This document shows, in pieces, positions 24,603 through 36,797 of a stretch of DNA of 64,000 nt. Both the position numbers and the translations under genes were made by a program. Where the stretch lies: assembly GCF_018350175.1 (NCBI RefSeq), contig NC_058368.1:225310001-225374000 (forward strand), read 5' to 3'. The stretch is from Felis catus (taxonomy: Eukaryota). How positions within the stretch are numbered: position 1 is the first letter of the stretch; every line of letters begins with the position of its first letter. Under the pieces are notes generated by a model. It worked only from the letters and a program-made list of their open reading frames with translations, searched no databases and was not told where the DNA came from.

Positions 24603-25008
24603 CAATGGTTCTCAAATTCCAACATGCAGCATTCAGAATCATTTGGAAAACTTGTGAAAACACAGATCTCCAGGTCAGCACTGGTTTGGAGCTGGCTCCT
24701 CCCATCAGCGCAAAAGAGCCAGTTGTGGGCATCTTTTCCTAACTCCGTGTTCAATAACGTCACGTCAGTAGCCTCAAATCAGTCATAGTGGGAGAATTTA
24801 AATCACAAGAATCAGCAAACTCTGGAGCATTTTTTCCCCCACTGGATAGCTAGTTGTTGTAGCTTTACCAGCACACCATTGGCTGGTCTCCATCCCCAGA
24901 GTCTCTAATACAGTAAATCTCGAATGGGGCCTGAGAATTTACATTTCTAACTAATTTCCAGGTGATACTGATTCTGTTGTCCAGGGACCACACTTTAAGA
25001 ACTGCTTG
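24603..25008. mobile_element. MER5A-like hAT MITE split by a nested element
   Basis: caatggttctcaaa...cagaatca and ggggcctgagaattt...gggaccacactttaagaac. Confidence 0.75.
24677..24881. mobile_element. MER63A-like hAT-Blackjack MITE nested in MER5A
   Basis: ggagctggctc, aactccgtgttcaataacgtcacgt, tttaccagcacaccattg terminus. Confidence 0.75.
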
Positions 25009-25431
25009 GAAAAGCATTTCAGGGAGCCTTGAAATTGAGAACATATTCATATCCTAAGTCATCACTGGCAAGAAGAATGCTGATGGTCTCATCAAGGAAC
25101 GTTGGCTGTAGATGATCCTGTATCAGATTGGTACTAATAAGAGCTGCTGGTTACAGAGTGTTGACTGTAGGTGGCTATGTCTTAGTCATCTCATGCATGA
25201 GTGCATTGGATCCTCCTAAAATGTTAGACAGCATGTTGTAGTATTACAGTTGAGGCCAAAGCACAGAATATTCAAATGACTGCTGAAGGTTGTACAGGGG
25301 GCTGGTAGAGTTGTTGAGGCAGCGACTTGGGCTTTGTGGCTCCGGAGCCCATGACTTTAATCTCTAAACCACAAATCACAGAAGAGACCTGACTGTTGCT
25401 CTGCCAAATATAAATCTACTAACAGTTTCCT

Positions 25432-25434
25432 AAA

Positions 25435-25474
<40 letters not shown>

Positions 25475-25505
25475 AAAGAAAAGAAAAGAAAAAGAAAGAA
25501 AAAAC
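25432..25505. repeat. (GAAA)n/(GAAAA)n microsatellite
   Basis: Seen directly. Confidence 0.95.
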
Positions 25506-25589
25506 AGCTTCAAAGAATAGACACACAAAGGGGAATTTGAATTTGTTTTTCCCAACTAGACTTTCCTGACTTAAAAGAAAATGGATAGA

Positions 25590-26554
25590 CAGCAAAACTG
25601 AAAGGCAACTGACAGAATGGGAGAAGATATTTACAAATAACATATCAGACAAAGGGTTAGTATCCAAAATCTATAAAGCACTTATCAAACTCAACACCCA
25701 AAAAACAAATAATCCAGTGAAGAAATGGGCAAAAGATATGAATAGACACTTCTCCAAAGAAGACATCCAGATGGCCAACCGACACATGAAAAAATGCTCC
25801 ACATCATTCATCATCATGGAAATACAAATCAAAACCACACTGAGATACCACCTCACACCAATCAAAGTGGCTGACATTAACAACTCAGGCAATGACAGAT
25901 ATTGGCAAGGATGTGGACAAAGAGGATCTCTTTTACGTTGTTGGTGGGAATGCAAACTGGTGCAGCCACTCTGGAAATCAGTGTGGAGGTTCCTCAAGAA
26001 ATTAAAAATAGAACTGCCCAACAATTGCACTACTAGGTATTTATCCAAGGGATACAGGTGTGCTGTTTCAAAGGGACACATGCACCTCAATGTTTATAGC
26101 AGCACTATCAACAACAGCCAAAGTATGGAAAGAGCCCAAATGTCCATCGATGGATGAATGGATAAAGAAGATGTACACACAATGGAGTGTTACTTGGCAA
26201 TCAAAAAGAATGGAATCTTTCCGTTTGCAACTACGTGGATGGAACTAGAGGGTATTATGGTAAGCGAAATTAGTCAGTCAGAGAAAGAAAAATATCATAT
26301 AACTTCACTCATATGAGGACTTTAAGACACAGAACAGATGAACACAAGGGAAGGGAAGCAAAAATAATATCAAAACAGGGAAGGAGACAAAACATAAGAG
26401 ACTCTTAAATTTAGAAACCAAACAGAGGGTTGCTGGAGGGGTTGTGGGATGGGGGATGGACTAAATGGGTAAGGGGCATTAAGGAATCTACTGAAATCAT
26501 TGTTGCACTATATGCTAATTTGATGTAAATTAAAACAATATATTAAATCTAAAA
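25590..26554 (+). mobile_element. 5'-truncated felid/carnivore L1
   Basis: ORF2p C-terminal peptides ([40 protein letters not shown]); perfect 17-bp TSD aaaagaaaatggataga preceded by TT (TT/AAAA site). Confidence 0.97.
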
Positions 26555-26656
26555 AAAAGAAAATGGATAGAGAAGTTTTCATTCCTCACATTGTCCTTCC
26601 ACCAATATCATGTGCGGACTGTACCCCCAGGTAATGAGAAAGTCATTCTCCTATTT

Positions 26657-26985
26657 CGGGGGTCAAGAAAATTCTGTAAAAGACAGGAGAGTGAATACTT
26701 CAGGCTTGGCAGGCCATAGAGTTTCTGTTGCAGCTGCTCCAACTCTGCCCTTGTAGTTTGAAAGCAGCCATAGGAAGGATGTAAGAATGAGTTGACCGTC
26801 CCAATAAAAGTTTGCTTATACAGGTGCCTGGGTGGCTCAGTTGGTTGGGCGGCCGATTTGAGCTCAGGTCATGATCTCACAGTCCGTGGGTTTGAGCCCC
26901 GCGTCAGGCTCTGTGCTCACAGCTCAGAGCCTGGAGCCTGCTTCCAATTCTGTGTCTCCCTCTCTCTCTGCCCCTCCCCTGCTTG

Positions 26986-27016
<31 letters not shown>

Positions 27017-27118
27017 AAATAATAAACATTTAAAACAATTAAAAAAAAAACCCTTTGCTTATTAAAAAAAATGGGCATTGGGTCCTATTCAGTTATGCGC
27101 TGTCATTTTATGACCTGT
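26657..27118. mobile_element. MER58A-like MITE interrupted by a SINE
   Basis: aactctgcccttgtag...aaagcagccatag...ccaataaaag. Confidence 0.65.
26822..27050 (+). mobile_element. Can-SINE
   Basis: Head and body; TSD tttgcttat. Confidence 0.95.
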
Positions 27119-28679
27119 CCTAAATTCATCTAGAAGTCACTCCTCGTTCCTAAATGAGTTGGAATTATACCTTCACTAAATTGAGCAGAATTTTACAAAA
27201 GCAAAACAAAACAAAAACCAAGCAAACAAAAAACCACCAGTGTAATAACTTGATAGATACCAATGGAAATATCCTCAGAAGACAATCTATTTCTCTGGTT
27301 CTGATTTGATTATAGAAGCTCTTCCTTGCTTTTAGATTATCATCATAGGCTCAGTGGGCTGGGAAATCATGCTACAAAGATAAATGTCCACACACCCAAA
27401 GCTTAGCTTAGCTTTATTCATCTTGGTCAAGAGGGAAATGAGACAAATGGAGGAATATGACCTCATTTGACCACTTCGTATACATTATGACTGGCTCGGT
27501 GTAGCTTATAAGTCAACAATTTATGGTGTAGCTTATAAGTCAACAACATAGTCCTGCTTCTTAGAAGATAGAATGTTGATTCCATTTTATAATCCAACAC
27601 CACTGCCCAGGAGTGTGGTGATGGTCTGTAAGGGATTTGAAAATGAGGTGTCCTAGATTCATCTTCTCCTTAACACTGAGATTGCCACCATCTTGGTAAA
27701 TGCTTCCAAGATAGATAGAGCTGAACTACTGGCAAATAACGTGCAGATGTGACATTCGACCAGAGTAACGGATTATCTTCTGAGGAGATTTTCCATTGGT
27801 ATTTATCAAGTTATTATTCAGATATACTGGTGGCTTTTTGTTTGCTTGCTTTTTTGTTGTTGTTGTTGTTGTTTTGTTTCATTTTTGTTATTTGTAGCAT
27901 TCTGCCTAAATTTAATGAAGGTATAGTTTCAACTGGTTATTTAGGAATAAGGAGTGACTTCCAGATGAATTTAGGACAGGTCGTCAAATTACAGGACATA
28001 ACTAAATAGGGCCCAATGCCTGTTTTTTTTGTAAGTAAATTTTTCTCCTAGTCCCTAACCTGTTCTTCTTGCCTCCAGGCTTCGTTGCTTCTGATTAGCT
28101 TTCACGATGCACATCCTTAGTCCTTTTGCGCTCATGAGCAAGAACCTCTCTGGACGACCATTGCATACTGACTTAAGGTCAAACTCCTCAGTCTAACACC
28201 CAGGACCTGGGATGACCTAGGCTCATTTTTCTCTCTCCCAGTGTATCTTAACACATCCAGTTTCCATTCCCACATCATCATGTCCTAAGGAAGGAAGCTC
28301 CAAGGGCTTAGACAAGTGTTTCAACTAAAACAACAAAACCACATAGCCATGGGAGAACCACAGTCACGGCCAAGAGAAAGACAAAGCTGGAGGCAGCAAG
28401 AAAATCAAGAAATCAAAGAGAGGAACAAGAACAAAGCTTCAGAAATAAAGCAAGAGAATATGACAATTTCCCCTTGTCTACGGTGTCTGATGCTTGGTGT
28501 CTGGACAGATCTGGGGCTGATGCCCTAGGTCCGTGCTTTCCAAACTTACTTTCCAGAATGTCCGAGTGCACATCTCAAGACCCAGGAAAAGGGCCAGGGA
28601 ATCTTAATTTTAATAAATATTTAGGATACTTCTTATGATTGTTCGAGTTGGTCAAATGCTGCTTCACGTTAAAATCACC

Positions 28680-28950
28680 TGCAGGCCACGTAGAGAAAGC
28701 ACATGGGGAGGCCACATGGAGGTGCGCTGGCCGACAGCCCGGCTAAGATTCCAGCCAACAGCCAGGCTCAACTGCCAGGCATGCGTGTGAAGATACATCC
28801 AGATGACCCCAACCCCAGGCTCCAGGACACCCTGTTTGAGGCTCCAGACATTGTAGAACAGAGACAAGGCACCCCCATCTTTCCCTGTCTGAATTCCTGA
28901 CCAACAGAATCCAGAGTCCGATAAAAATGGTCTTTTTATTTTTTTCAAAC
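28680..28950 (+). mobile_element. MLT1G/H-like LTR fragment
   Basis: ccagccaacagcca...aactgccaggcatg; gaattcctgaccaacagaatcc. Confidence 0.6.
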
Positions 28951-29149
28951 GATCATCTGGAGAGCTTTTAAAAAATGCTGTAGCTTAGGTCCTGTCCCCA
29001 AGACATCCTGATTTTTTTAGTCTGGAGTAGGATCTGGTATTAATTTTCCCCCTACTTTTTGCCATAAAAATTTTGAATATCACGAAGAGTTGAATAAATA
29101 ATAAATGGAAATCTTTGGATTCATCACAATTGTGAATATTTTGCAATAT

Positions 29150-29210
29150 GGTAGATAGATAGATAAATACATAATAGATAGATAGATAGACAGATAGATA
29201 GATAGATAGA
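29150..29210. repeat. (GATA)n microsatellite, imperfect
   Basis: Seen directly. Confidence 0.9.
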
Positions 29211-30014
29211 GCTGAACTATTGGAAAATAATGCGCAGACATGACATTTGACCTCTAAGTACTTAAGCATGGAACTATCCAAAAATAAGAGCGTTGTCTTA
29301 CATAAACACAGTATCATTTTCATGTCTAAGACAATAACAATTCCTTAACATCCAGTCCATATTTAAATCTCCTCAGTGGGCTCAAAAATCTCGTCCTTTG
29401 CTTTTTTTTTAATAAGAACCCAATCAATTTCATACATTTCATTTGCATATTAAGATACTTTGGTCTACTGTTCTCCCTTTTAGTTATTTATTTCTTAAGT
29501 CAGACTGACTTTAAAACAACCAGGCCAGTGGTCTTGTGGAATCGTCTACAATATTCTGGTCTGAACGTCTCTTCTTGATGTCATTTCACTTATACGTGTC
29601 TATTCCCAGCAGGTTATAAACTGAAATCTGAGTCCATAGAAACTAGATTTGGACCAAACCTTTGGGACAAGTACAGTTCTTAAGAAATGTATGCTTTATA
29701 TCACACGAGGTGGCGCACAATGTCAGGTTTTCATACTCTTAGTGACGCTGACTTTGAACCTTTAAGGGCATGACCACCTTACCTCTCCATTAAAACACTT
29801 TTTACCACCTCTTTGCAATTAGCAATGAATCTGTGAGGTGATATCCAGGCACATGAATGACCTGTTCTCCCAACAAAATTTCATCTAGTACTTTTAGTGT
29901 GCATTGATGCCCCTGGCCTGGATGAACTCTTCAGTTGTGAGTTGCAAAATGGTATTTTTTTCCCATTTTTGTATTAAGCTATAATTCACATAAGATAAAA
30001 ATTCATCTTTTTGA

Positions 30015-30234
30015 GGGGTGCCTGGGTGGCTCAGTCAGTTGAGCGTCCGAATTCAGCTCAGGTCATGATCCCATGGTTCGTGGGTTCGAGCCCCGCGTTG
30101 GGCTCTGTGCTGACATCTCAGAGACTGGAGGCTGCTTCTGATTCTGTGTCTCCCTCTCTCTCTGCCCTTCCCCTGCTCAAGCTCTGTCTCTCTCTGTCTC
30201 TCAAAAATAAATAAATGTAAAAAAAAAAAACATT
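30015..30234 (+). mobile_element. Can-SINE
   Basis: Full element; attcatctt on both flanks. Confidence 0.95.
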
Positions 30235-30249
30235 TAAAACATTCATCTT

Positions 30250-30475
30250 GGGGCGCCTGGGTGGCGCAGTCGGTTAAGCGTCCGACTTCAGCCAGGTCAC
30301 AATCTCGCGGTCCGTGAGTTCGAGCCCCGCGTCAGGCTCTGGGCTGATGGCTCGGAGCCTGGAGCCTGTTTCCGATTCTGTGTCTCCCTCTCTCTCTGCC
30401 CCACCCCCGTTCATGCTCTGTCTCTCTCTGTCCCAAAAATAAATAAACGTTGAAAAAAAAAATTAAAAAAAAAAA
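30250..30475 (+). mobile_element. Young felid SINEC
   Basis: CpG-intact; perfect 15-bp TSD taaaacattcatctt. Confidence 0.97.
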
Positions 30476-30741
30476 TAAAACATTCATCTTTTTTTTCTGT
30501 ATAGTTTTGCAATTCTTGACAAGTGTATATACACTAATCTGTAACTACCACAATCATTAAGATAAAAAATAGTTCCCCTGCCCCCCACCACCACCAAATT
30601 CACCCACATCAAGGATTATGGTCAGCGCCTCCTCAACTGTATCTCTCGGTGCCCACTAATATATACTTTGTCCCTTTAGATTTCCTTTTTCCAGAGTGTC
30701 ATATACAAGGGATCATACATTGTGTAGCTTTATTGGTGACT

Positions 30742-30895
30742 GGGGGGAGGTGCAGAGAGAGATAGAATCCCAAGAAGGCCTTGCAGAGTCAGTGCAGAAC
30801 CCAACGCAAGGCTCAAATTCAAGAAACTGTGAGATCATGACCTGAGCCAAAATCAAGAGTCGGATGCTTAACTGACTGAACCACCCAGGTGCCCC
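30742..30895 (-). mobile_element. Can-SINE lacking its 3' end
   Basis: Reverse-complement head present; tail absent. Confidence 0.88.
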
Positions 30896-31579
30896 AAGGG
30901 TAGGATTTCCGAGCTATTTACTAACTGTATATGTAACTATATAAGAAACTGCCAAGTTCTTTTCCGCAGTAGCCAGTACCCTCTTACATACCCCCCACAA
31001 TGCAGGAGAGTCAAATGGTCCCTATTTAAGGACCGTCATTCTTTAAATTTCATGGGTGTTCTCCCATGGAGGGGGGGGAAAGCATTGTCTCATCCACTTG
31101 AGATGGATTACAGTTCTTATTATTAAAACAGAGTAAATGCTAATTATTTTCATGTAATTATCAATTTTCAGGGTAAAGGGCTCTGATAGTCACTTCCAGT
31201 GATGTCAAGTGAGGGGTTTTTTTTTTTCCTTCCTCTGTTTCTCTCCTCTCTTTCTTCTCCGTACTACGGACTTATGAATTTTTATTTTTTCCATAGTTTA
31301 CATCAATACTATTTATCATTCTTTTTAATTCTCAAAGTGCTCCAAATTTGCCTAATGGGAATGCTGTCAAGTTGCTCTTAGGGCCTTTTGATATGACTTC
31401 ATTAATTTCAGATACTTCTTCACTTTCTGGAACGAGAAGATTCCCACTCTTACCTTGAACTTTCCTTGAACCAGGCCTGGAATCAGGCATTTCTCCAAGA
31501 TGACTGGTTCCTTTAAGTGATCCTTAGAAACCACGTCTCGACAGCAGACATCTCATGGTTTTAAGTTCTTTCCATGGAA

Positions 31580-31581
<2 letters not shown>

Positions 31582-31617
<36 letters not shown>
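31582..31617. repeat. (CA)n microsatellite
   Basis: About 18 units. Confidence 0.95.
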
Positions 31618-31619
<2 letters not shown>

Positions 31620-32328
31620 TAAATCAAGAACTAAGATATATGCATGCATATAAATCATGAGTTCATACCAATATTTCCAATTAAAGTTTGATCTTCTTAA
31701 CTTCTTTGACTTTTTAATTTGTGCCTTCTTTTTCTTACACCAGAAATCTTGATTCTCAATAAAATAAAAACTAATGAAATAAAACTAATAAAATAAAAAC
31801 CAATTTGGTTTATCTCCTACTACAAATAAGATCGTGTCAAAATCACAATGCCCATATTACTACCACTAATAATAAAACTGCTGAAGGAAGTCTAAGACTG
31901 TTTTGCAGTTTCCTTCTGTCCTTACATGTTTCCCATTAAGGATGTCCAGCAGGAGTACTCAGTTCAAAAATCTCTTGAAATAATTCTTTCTCTGTGTGAT
32001 TATGTTTCTAACTCGGTGTACATTTAAGTGCATTTGTTCCCATTTGTTTTGAAATTTAGGGTCTGGCCTTCATATATTTTACAAGTTCTCCAGAAGATTC
32101 CAGACATGGTTTGAGAGGCACTGACCTGGTTGCTCTCTTCACGCCTTCCCTCCCCTTGAAATGGCTTCTCTTCCATTTCCTTTTATTGAGACTCCATCCT
32201 TTCTCTAAGGCTCACTTCCCCCATCCACAACCTTCCCCATGATCCCGTTAGTCAAGAGTAACATCTCCTTCCTCTGGACTCCAACACCCTCAGACCATTC
32301 CCCATATAATTTTAAATGTTCTACTCTG

Positions 32329-32543
32329 GGGGCGCCTGGGTGGGCTCAGTCGTTTCAGCATCTGACTTCGGCTCAGTTCATGATCTCATGGTTCACGGAA
32401 TCGAGCCCCGAGTCAGGCTCTGGGCTGACAGCTCGGAGCCTGGAGCCTGTTTTGGATTCTGTGTCTCCCTCGCTCTCTGTCCCTCCCCCACTCACGCTCT
32501 GTTTCTCTCTGTCTCAAAAATAAACAAACATAAAAAAAATTTT
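32329..32543 (+). mobile_element. Can-SINE
   Basis: TSD aatgttctact(c/t)tg. Confidence 0.95.
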
Positions 32544-32571
32544 AATGTTCTACTTTGTATTACAGTCCGTG

Positions 32572-32752
32572 TCAAAGATCTGCATACTTTTGCCGCAAGA
32601 GTCCAGATAGTAAATATTTTAGGCTCTGTAAGTCATTCACATCTCTGTCACATACTGTTTTTCTTCTTTATAATTCGTCACATTCTGAGGACGCACAGCT
32701 GACAAAAACAGTGGTACCTTGAAACTTCGCCCTTTAATAGTTTGCCATCACC
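32572..32752. mobile_element. MER58-family MITE
   Basis: ccagatagtaaatattttaggct; tagtttgcc near the end. Confidence 0.6.
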
Positions 32753-33537
32753 TTCCTATGTCATCTTGTCATTCGAGTGCCTTGGGGGCAGGAAAAGACG
32801 TACTTGTCCCTTACCGGCCCCACTTACAGCAGAGCACGTGGGAAGGGGTGCTCACCAAATATTTACTAAATTCATGAATATACGATATTGTGATATGGCT
32901 TACTTACAAGAACCCGTTATTAACCCAGAAAATTGAGGTATTCAGAATAAAAGCACTACGTATAAACACAGAGCATCGGTCACAGACAGTAGCCTCTAGA
33001 TGATAACACCCCACGTGTTCGGTCACTTGCCAAGCCTCCTTCAGTAGTATGTGGATGCTGACCATCATGGGTGCGAAAGTTCTTGGGACTACACACAAGG
33101 GTCAGAGAGAGAGAGAGAGCGAGAGAGAGCATTAATGGTTAGAAATGCCCAGGAACAAACAAGATAGCAGAGGTGAGAGTAATTAAACTTCCCTCCTCAT
33201 GACCAGAAAGTGGGTCCCAGTGCCTGTGACAATACTACCCCCTGCCCGGGAGAAGATGCCAACAAGATTAAGACGGGAGCTCTGGTTTCTCGGAGTCTGA
33301 TTCCGTTTTCATGTGTGTCTGGAGGGAGGGAAAAGACGCATCGTTCCTATCCATCTCGGAGGCGCTCCGAGTCTGTTAAGACTGAGGGAAACAGAGCAAG
33401 GCAGGATTACTGCTCTGGAGGTGTGAGCAAGGTGCTGATCTCCTCCTGCCCACCTTCCTGTAACATCTCCCCGGTCTGCACCTTAGTGCAAGATGCTAAT
33501 TTTACTAGGAGGGAGGAAAAAATGGAAATGCTTTTTT

Positions 33538-33710
33538 ATTTTTTAATTTCATTTTCTTTTATTGTAATATGAAATGTGTTGTCAAAGTGGTTTCCACACA
33601 ACACCCAGTGCTCATCCCAACAGGTGCCCTCCTCAATGCCCATCACCCACCCCCCTGCCCCCCCACCCCAACCCTCAGTTTATTCTGTTTTTAAGAGTCT
33701 CTTATGGTTG
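33538..33710 (-). mobile_element. Very short felid L1 3' end
   Basis: caacacccagtgctcatcccaacaggtgccctcctcaatgcccatcaccc; TSD ggaaatgctttttt. Confidence 0.9.
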
Positions 33711-33872
33711 GGAAATGCTTTTTTTTTTAATGCGTTTTCTTATGTTTCAGGAGGTTTACACTGAGACTAAATTTCCGCCTCTGATCAGAACCCTGGTGTC
33801 CGGGGTGATGTTACTTCCTACCGCTGGGGTCTCCACCCTAAGCGACTCACATCTCACATTAAAGAGTAGATG

Positions 33873-34075
33873 GGGGCGGCTGGGGGGGTCGGTCAGTTAA
33901 ACATCCGACTCTTGGTTTCGGCTCAGGTCAGGATCTTGCAGTTCATGAGACTGAGCCCCACCCTCGTCAGGCTCTGCGTTGACAGCATAGAGCCTGCTTC
34001 GGATTCTCTCTCTCTGACTCTCCCCTGCTCTCTCTTTCTCTCTCTCAAAATAAATTAATAAATACTTTTTTTTTA
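33873..34075 (+). mobile_element. Can-SINE, diverged
   Basis: Body motifs; TSD agtagatg. Confidence 0.9.
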
Positions 34076-34827
34076 AGTAGATGCCTTTGCGACTGCTGCC
34101 AAAGCATTTAAGAGCCCATTTGAAGCGTGGTTATTCTAAGAAAATTTATATCCATATGTAGTTGGGATGAAATTTATATCCATATGTGAAATCCATTCAA
34201 AACAAAGGTGCTTTAAAATAACACTGTTTGAAGTCAGGCTTTCGTGCCTTCCCTCGCCCTGCTATTTCTTAGGCCGTAGGTTGCCGTAAATTCAAAGGGC
34301 CTTTGAACAAAACGGTTTCTCCGAATAGCCTCTACCTGGTCAAGAGTCGCTTGTGACAAAAACTAGAGATAGTGCTGATGCCTTTCAAGCACAACCAAGC
34401 CAAACATCTGAACTATTTCTGCCGCCTCTTAAAAATTAAGATGTAACACATTGGTGATATTTGCTGACATTTGTTATACTTTTGACGAACAATTAGTCTG
34501 CAAGACTATTAACAGGAAATTCCATTCGTCAGATAAGCAGCTGTTCGTGCAAAGCTTCATCCAGATCATGGGACCAAAATCTTCTTTATGCAACTACTGT
34601 TTCCTGAATAGTCAGCATTCCTTACGTATCCAAAAGGAAATGCTTGGAAAATAACTTTTTCTGGCTAACTTTGACTGTTGCATTTTCGTTAGGGGGAAAA
34701 TCACTTTGCTGCTTCATCTGGCTTCTTACACTGGCCGTTTGTAACATGTGAGCATTTAATAGTGTCCTGAATCACCATATACATTTCAAAGAGTAGGCAT
34801 CGATTAGTGACCAAGTACTGTCATTTC

Positions 34828-35028
34828 AACGTTTATTTATTTTTGGGACAGAGAGAGACAGAGCATGAACGGGGGAGGGGCAGAGAGAGAGGGAGACACA
34901 GAATCAGAAACAGGCTCCAGGCTCTGAGCCATCAGCCCAGAGCCCGACGCGGGGCTCGAACTCCCGGACCGCGAGATCGTGACCTGGCTGAAGTCGGACG
35001 CTTAACCGACTGCGCCACCCAGGCGCCC
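34828..35028 (-). mobile_element. Young felid SINEC without a poly(A) tail
   Basis: Near-consensus, CpG-rich; direct repeat ccaagtactgtcatttc at 34811-34827 and 35029-35045. Confidence 0.97.
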
Positions 35029-35956
35029 CCAAGTACTGTCATTTCTAGGCTGTAGTGAAGAATGACAAGGTCAGTCTTCACCCCGATTGCACAACATTCA
35101 ATAGTGCATGATTATTTCGTTCTTGAAGCGAAAACCGACAGTCTGGCATCTCATGGGACACACTCTTGTTCAAAAATACGTATCTCTTCCATTTTCGAGC
35201 TACTAAAACACTGAATGTAAAATTCACACTGCAACATTTATTTAGTATCCTCTAAATTGCTAGGAATACATGCCCAAAAGACCGAGAGGAAAATGAGTGG
35301 TAAATAACTAGTTAGGTTACGATGCCATCACGGAAATGATGGCAGTTCTGTGTACATTCTAGAAAGGCAAGACATTCCTCACTGCGGGGCAAGAGTTTTA
35401 TCAAGGATTCACTCACAAACCATCCATCAATCACCGAAACCTAAATACCATTCACATCTGCCTCTCCCTTTTTATCCCAACTGCCTTGCGTCCTCCTCTT
35501 TTCTCCCCCGTAATGGACAAAAAAGGAAACGCAGAAAGGCCTTGGGTTTATTTTAAAGTAAAAGAAGAAGACCATAATTTTATCCCCATCATTAAAATAT
35601 TTCCGAGCAGGCCTTCTCACTCTGTGCACGTTTATTTATAAATGACACACATGTACTACTTTGAAGTAGAGTATTAAATAGCAGCAGAGTTTAGCGTCTT
35701 TCTTTTTCCAGATTAAAGACTACCTCTGCACCCAGTTTGATTCTACTGTTTTCTTGCATACATTTTGAGGTACGAGCGTCCCCTGCAGATTGTGAGACCA
35801 CTGCTCAAAAGGGCCTCCAGAGCAAACGTGCTGAAATAATATCAGATCACAATTACGACCCCGTCTAACGTCCCGCAATCACGGTCTTTAGCTGTTACTT
35901 GAACATAAACCGAACGCCATTCCGGGTATTCTTTTCAGCCCATTAGGGCTTCGGCT

Positions 35957-36031
35957 CTGGTTATAAAGATAAACAGGTATCTGCTCAGATAAACAGACCC
36001 CACACTTCCATCTCATCGACAGTCCCCGCCT
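35957..36031 (+). promoter_or_regulatory. Candidate promoter/enhancer
   Basis: TATAAA at 35962; two AGATAAACAG (35967, 35987); CCCCACAC, ACTTCC, CCCCGCC; locally CpG-rich. Confidence 0.4.
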
Positions 36032-36221
36032 CTCGAGCCCTTTGCTCCAGTCTTGCCGAATTTTTGGCGGCGAAGGAGTTAAGACAGAAAATGCACAGCC
36101 TACTCATGGTGGTTCTTGACGGCCAGATGTCATGCTGGTCTCCAATGGAGAACACCCCTTAAGGCTGAACTGGCCAGAAGTCTGAACCACAACTTCCCAA
36201 GAGGATTAAGCGTCCTTTTTA

Positions 36222-36385
36222 GGGGTGCCTGGGTGGCTCAGTCAGTCAAGTGTTCAACTCTTGATTTCGGCTCAGGTCACGATCTCATGGGTTGTGTGTT
36301 CGGATTCCCGCTCTCCGTCTCTCTCTCTGCCCCTCCCCTGCTCACGCTCTCTCACTGTCTCAAAATAAATAAATAAACTTAAAAA
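36222..36385 (+). mobile_element. Can-SINE, internally deleted
   Basis: Head, CT tract, tail. Confidence 0.9.
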
Positions 36386-36439
36386 ACAAACAGCTGAAGT
36401 GGTTTTTTTTGTTTGTTTGTTTGTTTGTTTGTTTTTTTA

Positions 36440-36797
36440 GCGAAGATAGGTCAAAAAGCACAAACGTCCAGTTATCAGATAAAGAAGTTACGGGGATGTA
36501 ACGTGCGGCACAGTGACTTGAGTCAACGGTACTGTGTTGTGTATTTGAAAGCTGATAAAAGAGGGAATCTTAAAAGCGCTCGTCAGAAAAGAAAAGAAAA
36601 AAATTACGCAGAAAAGAAAAAAAATTGTGACTATGTATGCTGATGAATACCAACTAAACTTACGGAGGTCATCATTTGGAATATGTACAAATATCAGATC
36701 GTTACGCTATACACCTGAAATTAATACAATATTATATGTCAACTATATCTCTTATTTACTAGAAACAAATATAAAATGATAATAATAATGAAAAAAA
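36440..36797 (+). mobile_element. Older L1 (L1MA/carnivore type) 3' UTR fragment
   Basis: tactgtgttgtgtatttgaaag, atcttaaaag, tacacctgaaattaatacaatattatatgtcaactatatctc. Confidence 0.85.

Larger units (their letters stand above)
29050..32070 (-). mobile_element. Ancient L1M 3'-end fragments interrupted by SINEs and microsatellites
   Basis: Diverged L1MB/MC-type 3' UTR motifs (gtaactaccacaatca, agaaactgccaag, cctggaatcaggcatttctccaag). Confidence 0.55.

Noticed and set aside
16450..26820. 10-kb stretch without Can-SINEs as a sign of constraint
   Set aside because: With about 33 insertions in 64 kb, one gap this long is not clearly improbable, and it contains a young L1.
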